A stretch of 64,000 nucleotides of DNA from a virus (lineage: Duplodnaviria; Heunggongvirae; Uroviricota; Caudoviricetes), in the IMG/VR virus record IMGVR_UViG_3300029604_000306; one strand, written 5' to 3'. Positions within the stretch are counted from its first letter, which is position 1. Every line of letters begins with the position of its first letter. The translations under genes and the position numbers were made by a program. Shown here piece by piece: positions 27,508-38,220 of the stretch. Under the pieces are notes generated by a model. The model saw only the letters and a program-made list of their open reading frames with translations. It was not told where the DNA came from and ran no database searches.

Positions 27508-29961
27508 ATGGACATAACAAAAATATGGGCAAAAACAGTCCCAAAAAAATCTTTAATCAATCACATGCTGGAGACCGGAATAGTCGCAGAGTGCCTGACT
27601 GATACGAATGGTATTTACTATCCGGTGCTGAACAGGCTGTCTGAAATAACTAGTTGTGATAGTGATACGTTGTTAGCAAAAATCGTGTTTATTTGCGCTA
27701 TTCACGACATAGGAAAAATACATCCGACATTTCAAGGCCGTGATGAGGAAACGTTAGAGATGTTAAAACAAGAGGGCTTAAATCAGGTGTCATTTGACAC
27801 ACGGTTTAGACATGAGCAGTATGGTGCGAATATCTTTGACAAATTGAGCGCTGAAGATGTTGATATAAAAAATTCAGATATTATATCTCAAATTATCAGG
27901 ATGCATCACCAAAAAGAACAGAAAAAAAATTCTGATATTGATATTATAAAAATTGATGATAAAGAAAAGGCAAAAAAATGGATGCATATCCAGAATGAGA
28001 TTTATGATTATATAAAGAATGTTTTTCAATTTGACAATCTAAATTTGATAAACAAAAATATCAGCAAGTCAGAGCTGTTTGTAGTACAAAATGCAATCTT
28101 AGGTATAATGATTACCTCGGATTGGATAGCATCAAACAACTACGTGTTCGACAATCAATCGTATGAAAATATAGACGAATTTTTGAAATCAAGAAAGATT
28201 CAGGCGCTGAAATTCCTGAACAATGAGGGGATGATACGGCAACAAATTCCAGTGATGCAGGATTTCAAGAGCGCGTTTGGATTCAATGGAAGACCGGTGC
28301 AAAATGATGTTGAAAAAATTGTACATAAAAATAACATCAAATGCATGTTGATTGAATCTGATTGCGGTTCTGGAAAAACCGAAGCGGCGTTGTATGCAGC
28401 CTCCGTTCTGGGTAATCGTTCTGGATTGTCTGGAATATATATGGGGCTACCGACCGGCGTTTCTGCAGAAGCGATTCAAGACCGTGTGGATGAATTTTTA
28501 ACTTCACACGGTATGCGAAACACGAAGCTGTATACGTCAAAATCAATGCTATTAAGGGAGCCAGATAAAAAGCCTGTATGGACGGATATGTCTCGTCAGA
28601 GATTATTGGCGTCATCTGCTGTTGGTACGGTTGACCAGGTAATGACTGCTGCCAGGCTGGTGAGGTTTGAGAGTGTCCGGATGGATGGTTTGGCGTCAAA
28701 GGTGCTGATTATTGACGAAATTCACGCGTATGACGCATATATGCTTGCCGTGATAAAGGATTTGCTGAAGATATGTGAAGGACTCGGCGTTCCAGTCATT
28801 ATGTTGTCGGCTACATTACCGATATCTACGAAAAAAGATTTGCTGGGTGTGCTTGACGATGGAGATATAGAATTGCATAACGGATACCCGGTGATATCGT
28901 ATGTTACAAAAGATGGAAGGGTGCATGAACACGTATCACACCAATATATGCCTGATAAAAAAATCTCGTGCGAGGTGTTGCCAATATTAAATGACAATGA
29001 CAAAATTGCACGATATGCAGTTGATGCAGTTAAAGACGGAGGATGTGAATGCGTGATTATGAATACAGTCACAGATGCAATCTGCGTATATGACAAAATC
29101 AAAAAAAGCAAAAAAAATGACTGTAAAATAATTCTATATCATTCCAGAATGACTATAAATGCACGAGATGAGAAGAGTCGGGAAATTTTGGAAATGTGCG
29201 GTAAAGATAGAACCAAAAGGCCTGAACGTGTCATTATTGTTGGAACGCAGGTTTTAGAGCAATCTCTTGATATTGATGTTGATTATATGATGACTGCAAT
29301 CTGCCCGATTGATTTGTTATTCCAGAGGATAGGCCGATATCACAGGCATGGCGATGCTGGGACTATCAGGGAGCGTGTAGTTATTGCGAATACTGTCCAG
29401 GTGTTGATTCCGGCAACTTTATCCAGCTATGGCGGGACTGAGTATGTTTATGAAAAATGTTATCTTGATGCGACAATTGACGCAATTAATGAACATAATG
29501 GTCATCTGTTGATACCGTCAGGTATGCCTGACATGATTAATTATGTATACAGCCATACTTCAATTGACGTGCGTGTTCGTCAAATTATAGACGAGGCAAA
29601 TTCAGATGCCGGAAATATTAAAATTAAAAACGGGTTTGAAATATACACAAGGAAAAACGACCTGACAGATAAAAACCTGAATGTCCGTCTATCAAATACC
29701 GATGAAACGATGGTTCAAATTGCGATATTGGATGACGCAGAGATTGAAAAGTTAGGACAGAACAGTGAGGCAGACATAGAGTTGTTTAAATGTCTTGTGG
29801 TAGCTGTCAGGGAGTCAAAAATTAAAAATTTTAAGAATTTCTGCAAGCCTGAAACAGGAATCTTTAAAGATGTACAAATATACACAAAAGATAACTGTGT
29901 GAGTGAAGGCAAAGAAATCGTCGTAGATGATGAATACGGAATGAGGATTAAGAAAGTTTAA
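27508..29961 (+). CDS. cas3: Cas3 HD nuclease-helicase
   Basis: WAKT, HDIGK, HH, SDWIAS, GSGKTEAA, DEIHAY, SAT, QRIGR-x-HRH; start moved to MDITK behind GGAGGAG. Confidence 0.95.
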   Translation: MDITKIWAKTVPKKSLINHMLETGIVAECLTDTNGIYYPVLNRLSEITSCDSDTLLAKIVFICAIHDIGKIHPTFQGRDEETLEMLKQEGLNQVSFDTRFRHEQYGANIFDKLSAEDVDIKNSDIISQIIRMHHQKEQKKNSDIDIIKIDDKEKAKKWMHIQNEIYDYIKNVFQFDNLNLINKNISKSELFVVQNAILGIMITSDWIASNNYVFDNQSYENIDEFLKSRKIQALKFLNNEGMIRQQIPVMQDFKSAFGFNGRPVQNDVEKIVHKNNIKCMLIESDCGSGKTEAALYAASVLGNRSGLSGIYMGLPTGVSAEAIQDRVDEFLTSHGMRNTKLYTSKSMLLREPDKKPVWTDMSRQRLLASSAVGTVDQVMTAARLVRFESVRMDGLASKVLIIDEIHAYDAYMLAVIKDLLKICEGLGVPVIMLSATLPISTKKDLLGVLDDGDIELHNGYPVISYVTKDGRVHEHVSHQYMPDKKISCEVLPILNDNDKIARYAVDAVKDGGCECVIMNTVTDAICVYDKIKKSKKNDCKIILYHSRMTINARDEKSREILEMCGKDRTKRPERVIIVGTQVLEQSLDIDVDYMMTAICPIDLLFQRIGRYHRHGDAGTIRERVVIANTVQVLIPATLSSYGGTEYVYEKCYLDATIDAINEHNGHLLIPSGMPDMINYVYSHTSIDVRVRQIIDEANSDAGNIKIKNGFEIYTRKNDLTDKNLNVRLSNTDETMVQIAILDDAEIEKLGQNSEADIELFKCLVVAVRESKIKNFKNFCKPETGIFKDVQIYTKDNCVSEGKEIVVDDEYGMRIKKV

Positions 29962-30043
29962 AAAATATTTGTAAAAAAACAAATAAAATATTTTTTAGGC
30001 ATATTATAAGTAGAGGAAATGATGTGTAACGAGTTGAAAATGG

Positions 30044-30104
30044 CATTTGTGCAAATTGCACAATGAGGTGTTTAAGGCGGCTGAAAGCCGCATAAACACT
30101 GAGT
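30044..30104 (+). promoter_or_regulatory. CRISPR leader 2
   Basis: Near-identical to leader 1. Confidence 0.8.
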
Positions 30105-30684
30105 GTCTGCCCCTCGCAGGAGGGGATGAATCGTTTTTTATAAACCTGGTCGCGTAAAGTTCCGCGTCTGCCCCTCGCAGGAGGGGATGAATCGTTTATC
30201 ACCGTATTTTCGCTGAATTTCATTAAGTCTGCCCCTCGCAGGAGGGGATGAATCAGAAGAAGACAAGGGAACTAGGCTGCGTGTCATAGTCTGCCCCTCG
30301 CAAGAGGGGATGAATCGTTGCAGAATCTGGGATAACCCGGTAATGTGTTGTCTGCCTCTCGCAAGAGGGGATGAATCGACTTATGCGACATCCATGATAG
30401 ATGGACATGTGTCTGCCCCTCGCAGGAGGGGATGAATCGAGAGAGACAAAACCGATGGTGATTGAGATAAAGTCTGCCTCTCGCAGGAGGGGATGAATCA
30501 ACAGAGGGTACAACCTCCGCCAAGATTGCATCCGTCTGCCCCTCGTAGGAGGGGATGAATCGATGCGTGAATGCGTATGCAGCAGTCATTAAGCGTCTGC
30601 CCCTCGCAGGAGGGGATGAATCGCAGAATGAGCTGACAGATAAGAATATTAAAAAGTCTGCCCCTCGTTAGAGGGGATAAAACA
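30105..30684 (+). CRISPR. type I-E CRISPR array 2: 10 repeats, 9 spacers
   Basis: Same 29-bp repeat, 32-33 bp spacers, degenerate last repeat. Confidence 0.97.
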
Positions 30685-30699
30685 CAAGGAGAAAAAAAT

Positions 30700-30996
30700 A
30701 TGCAAAAACACAATTGGAAAATCAACATTGTCAACGAATGGACTGGAGATAAAAGGTGTTTTCGGTATAATGGAACTGTTGATGAGACAAAAGACTTTCT
30801 ATTAAAACTTGCTGAAGAAGATTGTGACAAATATGGGACTGAAGGTTCTTGGTTTCTTCCATATGACAGGTCAGACGTTCGCGAAGGAGTTAAATGGAAT
30901 GGCAAATCATGTGTTCTAAGCAGCCTGTATGCATACAATGGATTGTTAAATGGTGATATTACATATGAAGCAATATTGATTTCAGATATATCTTAA
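30700..30996 (+). CDS. hypothetical protein
   Basis: 98 aa ORF with AAGGAG RBS; no Cas2 motif seen. Confidence 0.7.
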   Translation: MQKHNWKINIVNEWTGDKRCFRYNGTVDETKDFLLKLAEEDCDKYGTEGSWFLPYDRSDVREGVKWNGKSCVLSSLYAYNGLLNGDITYEAILISDIS

Positions 30997-31035
30997 GATA
31001 TAATAAAAATATATACGAAATAAGAGGAAAAATAT

Positions 31036-31671
31036 ATGGAAATCATCAAGAGAGCAAATAGAGTAATATATAAGGTAAGCGGAGAAGCAATCAGTATTCC
31101 TTCCAGAATGTATCCACTTGAGTCTGATTCGTTTCAGTGTTTTAATGCCGATAACACAAGCGAAATTGTGGATGAAAAAATTAAGGATATCTTTGATTCA
31201 ATCAAATCGGAAACCGGAAGATGCTTTACAAATGCTGAAACCCTTTGCGTAGCTTTAAATAAAGCAGGATACCCGGCAGAGCAATATGTCGGATGGCTAT
31301 TCATGGAAGATGAGTTACCGATTCATCACAGTTTTGTTGTACTTAATGACCATATACTAGATTTGTCAATTTCTCTGAAATCTGAGGATTTTGCAAAACT
31401 GGATTCTATGACGAAGATATATAAAACAAAAGATGAAGCAAGAGAGTATATTGCAGAATATATACTGCAAAAAGAGCAGTTGCCGAATCATCAGCGCTGT
31501 ATTTTTGGCATAGTTGACAAAATGTATCATTACATCGGAGCACCAGGTACAAGAGAAGATGGAATAAAAAGAAATAAAGAATTAAGAAAAATATATCCAC
31601 AGCATCCATGTTTTCAGGATGTGAAGAATGGTATAACAAGAGGGCAGGAGATTCTGTTAAGAAAAAAATGA
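31036..31671 (+). CDS. hypothetical protein, possible Cys-His-Asp fold
   Basis: RCFTNA...HHSFVV...ILDLS. Confidence 0.65.
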   Translation: MEIIKRANRVIYKVSGEAISIPSRMYPLESDSFQCFNADNTSEIVDEKIKDIFDSIKSETGRCFTNAETLCVALNKAGYPAEQYVGWLFMEDELPIHHSFVVLNDHILDLSISLKSEDFAKLDSMTKIYKTKDEAREYIAEYILQKEQLPNHQRCIFGIVDKMYHYIGAPGTREDGIKRNKELRKIYPQHPCFQDVKNGITRGQEILLRKK

Positions 31672-31946
31672 AAAAAATAAGAAGATTAATAACAAATCCA
31701 TATACAAAAAAAATTAAAATGCCAACTTTGTACGAATATCCGGCAAAAGTTGGAACTACTGGTTCAACGGTTATATGGCTGCTGGAAGAAGCAGAAAAAG
31801 GAAAACAAATATTCGGATTCTGTCTGGAAGACAGATATTCTCCGTATATGACAGGACAGGCGTTCCGGTATGCCGAAGCACAACGCTTTCTTGTAACTGA
31901 TATTCAGAATCGTCCAAGTGGTGAATTTCTGATAATCAGTAGATAA
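31668..31946 (+). CDS. hypothetical protein
   Basis: ATGA overlap with the previous stop codon. Confidence 0.6.
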   Translation: MKKIRRLITNPYTKKIKMPTLYEYPAKVGTTGSTVIWLLEEAEKGKQIFGFCLEDRYSPYMTGQAFRYAEAQRFLVTDIQNRPSGEFLIISR

Positions 31947-31989
31947 AAAAGATATGAAAACGTGATGTGATTGGAGTAAATATGAAAAT

Positions 31990-32175
31990 ATGAAAAATAA
32001 TCTTAAAATTGGCAGAGAAAATAAGAATATGACAGCTAAAGAAGTAAGCGAAAAAATTGGCGTGACTAAGCAGGCTGTTTACAATATGGAAGCTGGCAAG
32101 AGTAATCCAGCCGTAGATACGTTGATGAAATTTGCAAAGCTGTATAGCGTCAGATTGATTATTTGCTGGGACTAA
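31990..32175 (+). CDS. XRE-family HTH regulator
   Basis: MTAKEVSEKIGVTKQAVYNMEAGKSNP. Confidence 0.85.
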   Translation: MKNNLKIGRENKNMTAKEVSEKIGVTKQAVYNMEAGKSNPAVDTLMKFAKLYSVRLIICWD

Positions 32176-32365
32176 CAAATTTCGAAAATTTCAAATCGCA
32201 GTATGAACATTTGCAATCATTAGAAGGTGATGAGTTGTTTGCCGCGTTAGATGCGCTAAGTATTAAGAAATGGACAAAAAATGGTGAAGAATATTCAAAA
32301 TTGGATGATGGATGGTATGTGGCTATTAGAGCCATGTAAAAATGATAATACAGAAAAACTCTCGC

Positions 32366-32413
32366 ATATACAAAAGACAGGACGAAAATAAGTTCGTCCT
32401 GTCTTTTGTATAT
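32366..32413. terminator. bidirectional intrinsic terminator
   Basis: 21-bp perfect inverted repeat between convergent genes. Confidence 0.75.
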
Positions 32414-32416
32414 ATA

Positions 32417-33157
32417 TTAGTCAAATCGGTCCATTCTGGATTTCCATTTGTTTATTTCGTCCATTTCATGCGAAAAATTCGGTTTTTTTGCAAAGCCTCC
32501 ATATTTGACAATTAGCTTGTATGCAAGTGATTCTTCGGAAGTGGCTTCGCGTACAGTGAACCACTCGCCAGTTTTTTCATTGAAGAAGAGCCAGTAGTCA
32601 GTGCCATCTTTGGCTAATAGAATGCCACCATTTTTCATGCCTTCTTTAATAGGGTAGTCTGGATTAATGACTTTTCCAACGTCGAAAACATTTCGTTCGT
32701 TAAAGGTATAGGTTCTTCCGTGAATTTCCATGGTATGCTTGAAATACTTGGAATTTCCTTTTTCGCCTTGCTCATAACGTTCAGATGTATCCCAGCTTGT
32801 TACATCTTGTGAATCAATGTCTTTTTGTTTCTGATATTCAGAAATTTGTTCCTGGATTCTCTGCCAATATTCTTGTTTTCTCTGAAATGAGGCCTTCATT
32901 TCTTCAAGGCTGTAATTTGTAAAGGCTGGGGCTAATAGCACTCCGCCGTATTCTATTGGTGAATTAATAGACTCGGCCATTAAATCAAGAATAACATCGC
33001 CACTAATACCAATGGCAATAGCACATTTTTGGGATGAATGTCCTACGGCTCTTTTGATTATCTGCATCGGCTTTCTGCCAGAAAAAATAGCATCATATTC
33101 TTCTTTGTATCTTTTTTTGTATTCTTGTTTGTTGTCGTATTTTAGATGGAATAACAT
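32417..33157 (-). CDS. hypothetical protein
   Basis: 246 aa ORF. Confidence 0.75.
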   Translation of the reverse strand: MLFHLKYDNKQEYKKRYKEEYDAIFSGRKPMQIIKRAVGHSSQKCAIAIGISGDVILDLMAESINSPIEYGGVLLAPAFTNYSLEEMKASFQRKQEYWQRIQEQISEYQKQKDIDSQDVTSWDTSERYEQGEKGNSKYFKHTMEIHGRTYTFNERNVFDVGKVINPDYPIKEGMKNGGILLAKDGTDYWLFFNEKTGEWFTVREATSEESLAYKLIVKYGGFAKKPNFSHEMDEINKWKSRMDRFD

Positions 33158-33414
33158 ATCTGTGTATGCTTTTTTACAACCGCAATATTGTGTAAGGATA
33201 ACCCATCTTCTACGACATCTTTACCGTGAACTGTTATGCGAATTTGTTGCTCAGTAATAATACAATCATCGGTAAATCCTAAAACGAGCATAGGTCCATG
33301 CCCATCCATTGAAATTGTGGTCTTTACGGTTAACATATCTTCAGATGGAGCCATTAGTAAAGTAAAATCATGTCCTTCAATGGTGTAAGTCCAGTTTTTC
33401 GAGATTATAGTCAT
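33142..33414 (-). CDS. hypothetical protein
   Basis: 90 aa ORF with AAGGAG RBS. Confidence 0.65.
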   Translation of the reverse strand: MTIISKNWTYTIEGHDFTLLMAPSEDMLTVKTTISMDGHGPMLVLGFTDDCIITEQQIRITVHGKDVVEDGLSLHNIAVVKKHTQICYSI

Positions 33415-33589
33415 AAAATATTTCTCCTTTCCAAGGAAATATATAAAAACTTTGTTCTCTTTCTATATGAATAATGATAACAAAATCTAATAATATCGTC
33501 AACTTGCATGCACATTTTTTTTTGCTTGCAAATTCATCATATTATTCTTGCAAAACTAAAAAAAATAACAAAGAAAAGGAGAGGTAAAA

Positions 33590-34576
33590 ATGAGTTATGC
33601 AGATTTAGTATTCAAAAATATGTGTCAGGATATTCTGGAGAATGGAACCGATACTCGCGGAGAAAAGGTTAGACCGCATTGGCCGGATGGCGCATCGGCA
33701 TACACAATCAAAAAATTTGGAGTATGTAACCGGTATGACCTGCGAAAGGAATTTCCGGCGCTAACGCTGAGAAAGACGGCATTAAAAAGCGCGATGGATG
33801 AGATTTTGTGGATTTGGCAGAAAAAGTCAAATAACATTGCCGATTTAAACAGCCACATTTGGGACAGCTGGGCTGATGAGGATGGCAGCATTGGTGAGGC
33901 ATATGGCTATCAGCTTGAGAGGAAATTCCAATGTAAAGATGTAACACTTGAAGGACTGCGGACCGCATTTCCGGATGGCGAATACGAGCTGGTTGGTTTT
34001 GGTACTGAAATGTTTGCTGCGCTTGATGATGACGGCAATGCTGCCAGATGGTATGCAGTTAAAACACCAGGCGAGCCGTGGAGCATGGACCAGGTGGATA
34101 AGGCCATCTACGACCTGAAAAATACACCGTTCAGTCGCAGAATTATGACGAATATTTATAATTTTGCAGACCTTCACGCAATGAACTTGTATCCATGTGC
34201 CTACAGTATGACGTTTAATGTCACTCAGGATAAGGACTCTGACCGATTGGTTTTAAATGCTATTCTGAATCAACGTTCTAACGATATCCTGGCTGCCGGC
34301 AATTGGAATGTATGCCAGTATGCATTGCTGGTAATGATGATTGCCCAGGTGTGTGACATGATTCCAGGCGAGCTGGTACATATGATTGCTGATGCACATA
34401 TCTATGACAGGCATGTTGATATTATTAAGGAGTTGCTGACGCGAGAACCACTGCCGGCTCCGGTAGTGAAACTGAATCCGGATGTGAAGAATTTCTATGA
34501 CTTCACGGTTGATGATTTGATTGTTGAAGACTACCAGGCGCATCCACAGATTAAAAATATCCCGGTGGCAATTTAA
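33590..34576 (+). CDS. thyA: thymidylate synthase (with internal insertion)
   Basis: EILWIW, IWDSWAD, SRRI, LYPC, QRSND, DAHIYDRH motifs. Confidence 0.96.
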   Translation: MSYADLVFKNMCQDILENGTDTRGEKVRPHWPDGASAYTIKKFGVCNRYDLRKEFPALTLRKTALKSAMDEILWIWQKKSNNIADLNSHIWDSWADEDGSIGEAYGYQLERKFQCKDVTLEGLRTAFPDGEYELVGFGTEMFAALDDDGNAARWYAVKTPGEPWSMDQVDKAIYDLKNTPFSRRIMTNIYNFADLHAMNLYPCAYSMTFNVTQDKDSDRLVLNAILNQRSNDILAAGNWNVCQYALLVMMIAQVCDMIPGELVHMIADAHIYDRHVDIIKELLTREPLPAPVVKLNPDVKNFYDFTVDDLIVEDYQAHPQIKNIPVAI

Positions 34577-34651
34577 CACGTGCTTTGCATAATGCGGCAG
34601 TGAAAACCATAGGCTGCCGCAAAAATCACAAAATCAGAAAGGAAAAATAAT

Positions 34652-34900
34652 ATGAAAATTGTTCGAGACGGAAAAGAATATGAGTTAACATCTGAAGAGC
34701 TGGCTGCAGCAAGTGCAGAGTTTGTGACAAATTTCATGAAAAGTGAGATGATGGGGCGTTGCGAAATTTCTGATGAAGAACTTGCCGAAGAGCTTGCTGA
34801 AAAAGCATATGATAGATATTGCGAAGGAAACGGCGAGACAGAAGGAGAGTGTATCGACTGGGCTTATTACTCATGGCTTGAATCTGCAAAAGAAGAATAA
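34652..34900 (+). CDS. small acidic hypothetical protein
   Basis: 82 aa ORF with RBS. Confidence 0.7.
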   Translation: MKIVRDGKEYELTSEELAAASAEFVTNFMKSEMMGRCEISDEELAEELAEKAYDRYCEGNGETEGECIDWAYYSWLESAKEE

Positions 34901-35094
34901 TCCTGCTGCTTAATTGGCAGCCCTGCTTTGGGCAGGGCTGTTTTTTTTGCGGCAGAAAAATCAGAGAAAGAAAAAAAGCATGCAAAAAAAAGAGAAAACG
35001 AATACTCAAAAAAATCTTAAAAAAGAACAAAAAAAGAGAAAAAAAGAACCAGCTGTCTATGCGACAGCTGGTTTAATGTTGAAAAAGTGTTTCG

Positions 35095-36891
35095 TTAAAG
35101 CGTGAATTTGGAACTCGGTTTGTCCTGCGTCTGTGTCAGCAAATATGCTACAATTGAGGGTTTATCTGCCTCATTTGCGACCTGCAAAAGCTGTTTGATT
35201 GCTGCTTTTGACAACAACTTAAAGCCGATAAATTCGGCGAACTCATCATCCTTGTTTTCTTTAATATATCGCAGCGCAATCTGTTTTGCACAGCGTCTTA
35301 AGTACTTTTCAAGTTTAGCATCTGCTCCCGGACTCTGTTTGTAAATATAATATGCAGTGTCCTGTTTTAATTCGGTGCTTATCGCACCGTAATACAAATC
35401 ATGCAAATCGGATTTGCAAAAATAGCCACTACTGCATTGCTGATTTAACCTATACAAAGTCTTGTAACTTAAAGATGCCGGTACAATAAACTCATTATCT
35501 CCAACAATAAGTTTTTTTACGGGGGATACGCTTATATCCGACAGAAATGCATACGGCAGACCTGAAAAAAGATGCGGAGTACGTAGTTCTTGTACGCAAC
35601 TAAAACTTAATTCTCCGGCGTATTTGATACTTTTTGGAAGAGTTACGTTTTTCAGTTTTTCACACCAGTCAAATGCACGCCGTCCAATGGTTGAAATCCC
35701 TTCGTGCATTATAACAGATTTAAGGCTACGGCAGTTTAAAAATGCACTATGTCCGATGTCTGTAACCTGAGGAGGAAACTCAACATGAGTTAAATTATGA
35801 CAATCGGCAAAAATATTGCTCGCATAGCCTCCGATTTTTTTAATTCCGGGCCCGAAATCTATTTTGCGGATTTTAGACTGCCGAAATGCTTCCTTTCTAA
35901 TATTTCTCAATGAAGATGGAAATGTGACTGAATCTATTCTTGTTCCATAAAATGCAAAATCATTAATACAAGTTACACCTTCAGGAACGATAATATCTCC
36001 GGTTTTCTTGATTGGGCATAGAATCAGGCAACTCATATCTCCGGAGTACAGAATCCCATCTTTTGATACAAACCCGCTGCTTGGGGATGCTTCAATACAT
36101 GATACATTTGTTGTGTTAAGATATCTGTATATTCCAAACATATTATTTTTTGAGAATTCAGTGTCTGCAACCACAATTGTTTCTGGCAATTTATTGATTC
36201 CATTAACATTTTTGATATTCCTGATGACTGCCCGTTTGACATTTTTGTAATCTATATCTGTCGGCAGAACACATTTGGTGTCTTCCGGAAATTCAATTTC
36301 TTCAGCATCATCATCTACACCAAAGACAATATTTCCGACCCTTTTGAGACCATTTTTTGACGGAATATCAAAAAATGATGAACCATCAAAAGCATGATGG
36401 TTGATGGTATGAATAGTATTAAAAGAAGTATCGTTATTGAAGAAGGAGACTAGCTGACATCCTTCAAGCGCATAATCATCAATTATATTAATGTCATACA
36501 ATGGCTGAATTTGTTCATCCGGCTTAATGCAAAAGACATTCTTCAATATCTTATTCACGACTATCAACCGAACGAGATATTGACAGCTAAGGAAATATGG
36601 ATTATTGGAGTCCACGTTTCTTACATTCGGAAACATGAAGTTGGAAATATCAATATCCATGATATCTTCCTGAATAACCAATTCTTCTACATCAGGAAAC
36701 TGCTTAAAGATGTTTCTTAATTTGACGTTGCGGCTTAATCTATTTCTATTTGCGTTAGGTCCGGACAAAACGATACTTCGAATTCCAGGCTCAACATCGA
36801 TATCAATAATATCAGTCATCTTACTGTCTGCAAAGTATAAATATACGCCTTTCTCAGGAGAAAACGAAACTAAGTTTTGATTATTTTTCAT
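35095..36891 (-). CDS. BspA-type leucine-rich repeat (LRR_5) protein
   Basis: Repeated P-x-x-V/L-x-x-I-x-x-x-AF-x-x-C-x-x-L units; no signal peptide. Confidence 0.88.
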   Translation of the reverse strand: MKNNQNLVSFSPEKGVYLYFADSKMTDIIDIDVEPGIRSIVLSGPNANRNRLSRNVKLRNIFKQFPDVEELVIQEDIMDIDISNFMFPNVRNVDSNNPYFLSCQYLVRLIVVNKILKNVFCIKPDEQIQPLYDINIIDDYALEGCQLVSFFNNDTSFNTIHTINHHAFDGSSFFDIPSKNGLKRVGNIVFGVDDDAEEIEFPEDTKCVLPTDIDYKNVKRAVIRNIKNVNGINKLPETIVVADTEFSKNNMFGIYRYLNTTNVSCIEASPSSGFVSKDGILYSGDMSCLILCPIKKTGDIIVPEGVTCINDFAFYGTRIDSVTFPSSLRNIRKEAFRQSKIRKIDFGPGIKKIGGYASNIFADCHNLTHVEFPPQVTDIGHSAFLNCRSLKSVIMHEGISTIGRRAFDWCEKLKNVTLPKSIKYAGELSFSCVQELRTPHLFSGLPYAFLSDISVSPVKKLIVGDNEFIVPASLSYKTLYRLNQQCSSGYFCKSDLHDLYYGAISTELKQDTAYYIYKQSPGADAKLEKYLRRCAKQIALRYIKENKDDEFAEFIGFKLLSKAAIKQLLQVANEADKPSIVAYLLTQTQDKPSSKFTL

Positions 36892-37030
36892 TTTTCTTTT
36901 TCCTTTCTTTGTTGCAAAATTTTTTATTTCAAAAATAATATGCAGGAAAGGATGGGGAAGAAAAAAGGGTAAAAATTAACTCGACAACTTAAGCCCTGCA
37001 GAATTTCTGCAGGGCCGGTTTTGCATACGA

Positions 37031-37303
37031 CTATTTGTTTCCTTTGAATTTTTCGATAACAGACATTTCTTCGAATTCCAATGGGTAGGTTCCAGCTTCG
37101 CATGGTACGGATAATCCGCGTTCAATACGAATTGGATTTGTTGCATCAGTTCCAAGTTCTCGGTTTTCTGTTCTGTATAGTTTTTTAACATTCCTGCTGC
37201 CATCTAAAATATAGTCGCCTTCAAAAAGTTCTTCTCCATTTTTGTCAAAATATCTGATATTTTTGCCATTTCCATTTCGTAAAATTGTCGCTCTTAATTC
37301 CAT
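37031..37303 (-). CDS. hypothetical protein
   Basis: AAGGAGG RBS; YopX-like DKNGEELFEGD stretch. Confidence 0.65.
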   Translation of the reverse strand: MELRATILRNGNGKNIRYFDKNGEELFEGDYILDGSRNVKKLYRTENRELGTDATNPIRIERGLSVPCEAGTYPLEFEEMSVIEKFKGNK

Positions 37304-37551
37304 ATATATCCTCCTTAATTTAGTTCTTTTGCCATTTGTTTTTTGTATGTTTGGAGTATATATGATTCAGCATCGAAAGTCAATGTTCTTACAAAAGTTG
37401 TAAGATTCGGCGAATTATACAAAAATAGCAGTGAAAAATCATTCAATATTACCACTTGTACATATAATCTTATTTTTTTACTTTTCAATCATATTAAAAA
37501 TGAATCTTAAAAGTATATAAAATATATAAAAAAAGAAAGGAATCTATACAT

Positions 37552-38220
37552 ATGAACACAACAGAAAAAACAATCCAAGACCTTATCGTAACCCGCAATG
37601 CCTGCGGCAGCAGGATTGTATTGGACGGAAAATCATGTATCGCTCCGATAGACGATAAAGCATTTTTCGATAAATGCCTGATGTACAGCGATAGCAAGAA
37701 TCTGCATGCAAAAAATACTGTTGCCTGGCGGCCGATGTCTGACGATTGGAAAGAACAATGCCGAAGCAATTCGTTCTGGTTTCAGGATACTGTCGCTGAG
37801 GCGAAAAAAATGTTCCCAGGAATGGATGAACGTCTGTTTGAGTTAAAAGCTCGACTTCTTGATTTTGCCGGTGAGGCAGTCTGCCTGCCTCCGTATGAAG
37901 AAGACCTGGAAAATATTTTGGAATATGGCCAGTTCTGGCTTGGATATAATGCTGAGATGGTGAAAGGTGAGGCATGCCAATGCCACAAAAATTCGGCAAG
38001 AGTATGGCAGAAGAATAAGGATAAAACAGTAATCTGCACCGGATATGCATTATCTGCTGATGGCATGTGGAGACAGCATAGCTGGTTGATACACCGCAAG
38101 CCAAGGTCAAATAGAATCGTAGAGACGACAAGACCGAGGGTTTTGTATTACGGCTTTGCGATGCCGCCGGAGTTGTCAGAAAGATTTGCTGACGAAGTTT
38201 TGGATAGTATTATGTTCTAG
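37552..38220 (+). CDS. hypothetical protein, possible Cys-His fold
   Basis: QCHKNS...TGYAL...WRQHSW...IVETT. Confidence 0.7.
   Translation: MNTTEKTIQDLIVTRNACGSRIVLDGKSCIAPIDDKAFFDKCLMYSDSKNLHAKNTVAWRPMSDDWKEQCRSNSFWFQDTVAEAKKMFPGMDERLFELKARLLDFAGEAVCLPPYEEDLENILEYGQFWLGYNAEMVKGEACQCHKNSARVWQKNKDKTVICTGYALSADGMWRQHSWLIHRKPRSNRIVETTRPRVLYYGFAMPPELSERFADEVLDSIMF

Noticed and set aside
30700..30996. Possible Cas2 by size and position
   Set aside because: No Cas2 N-terminal motif recognised and no cas1 nearby.
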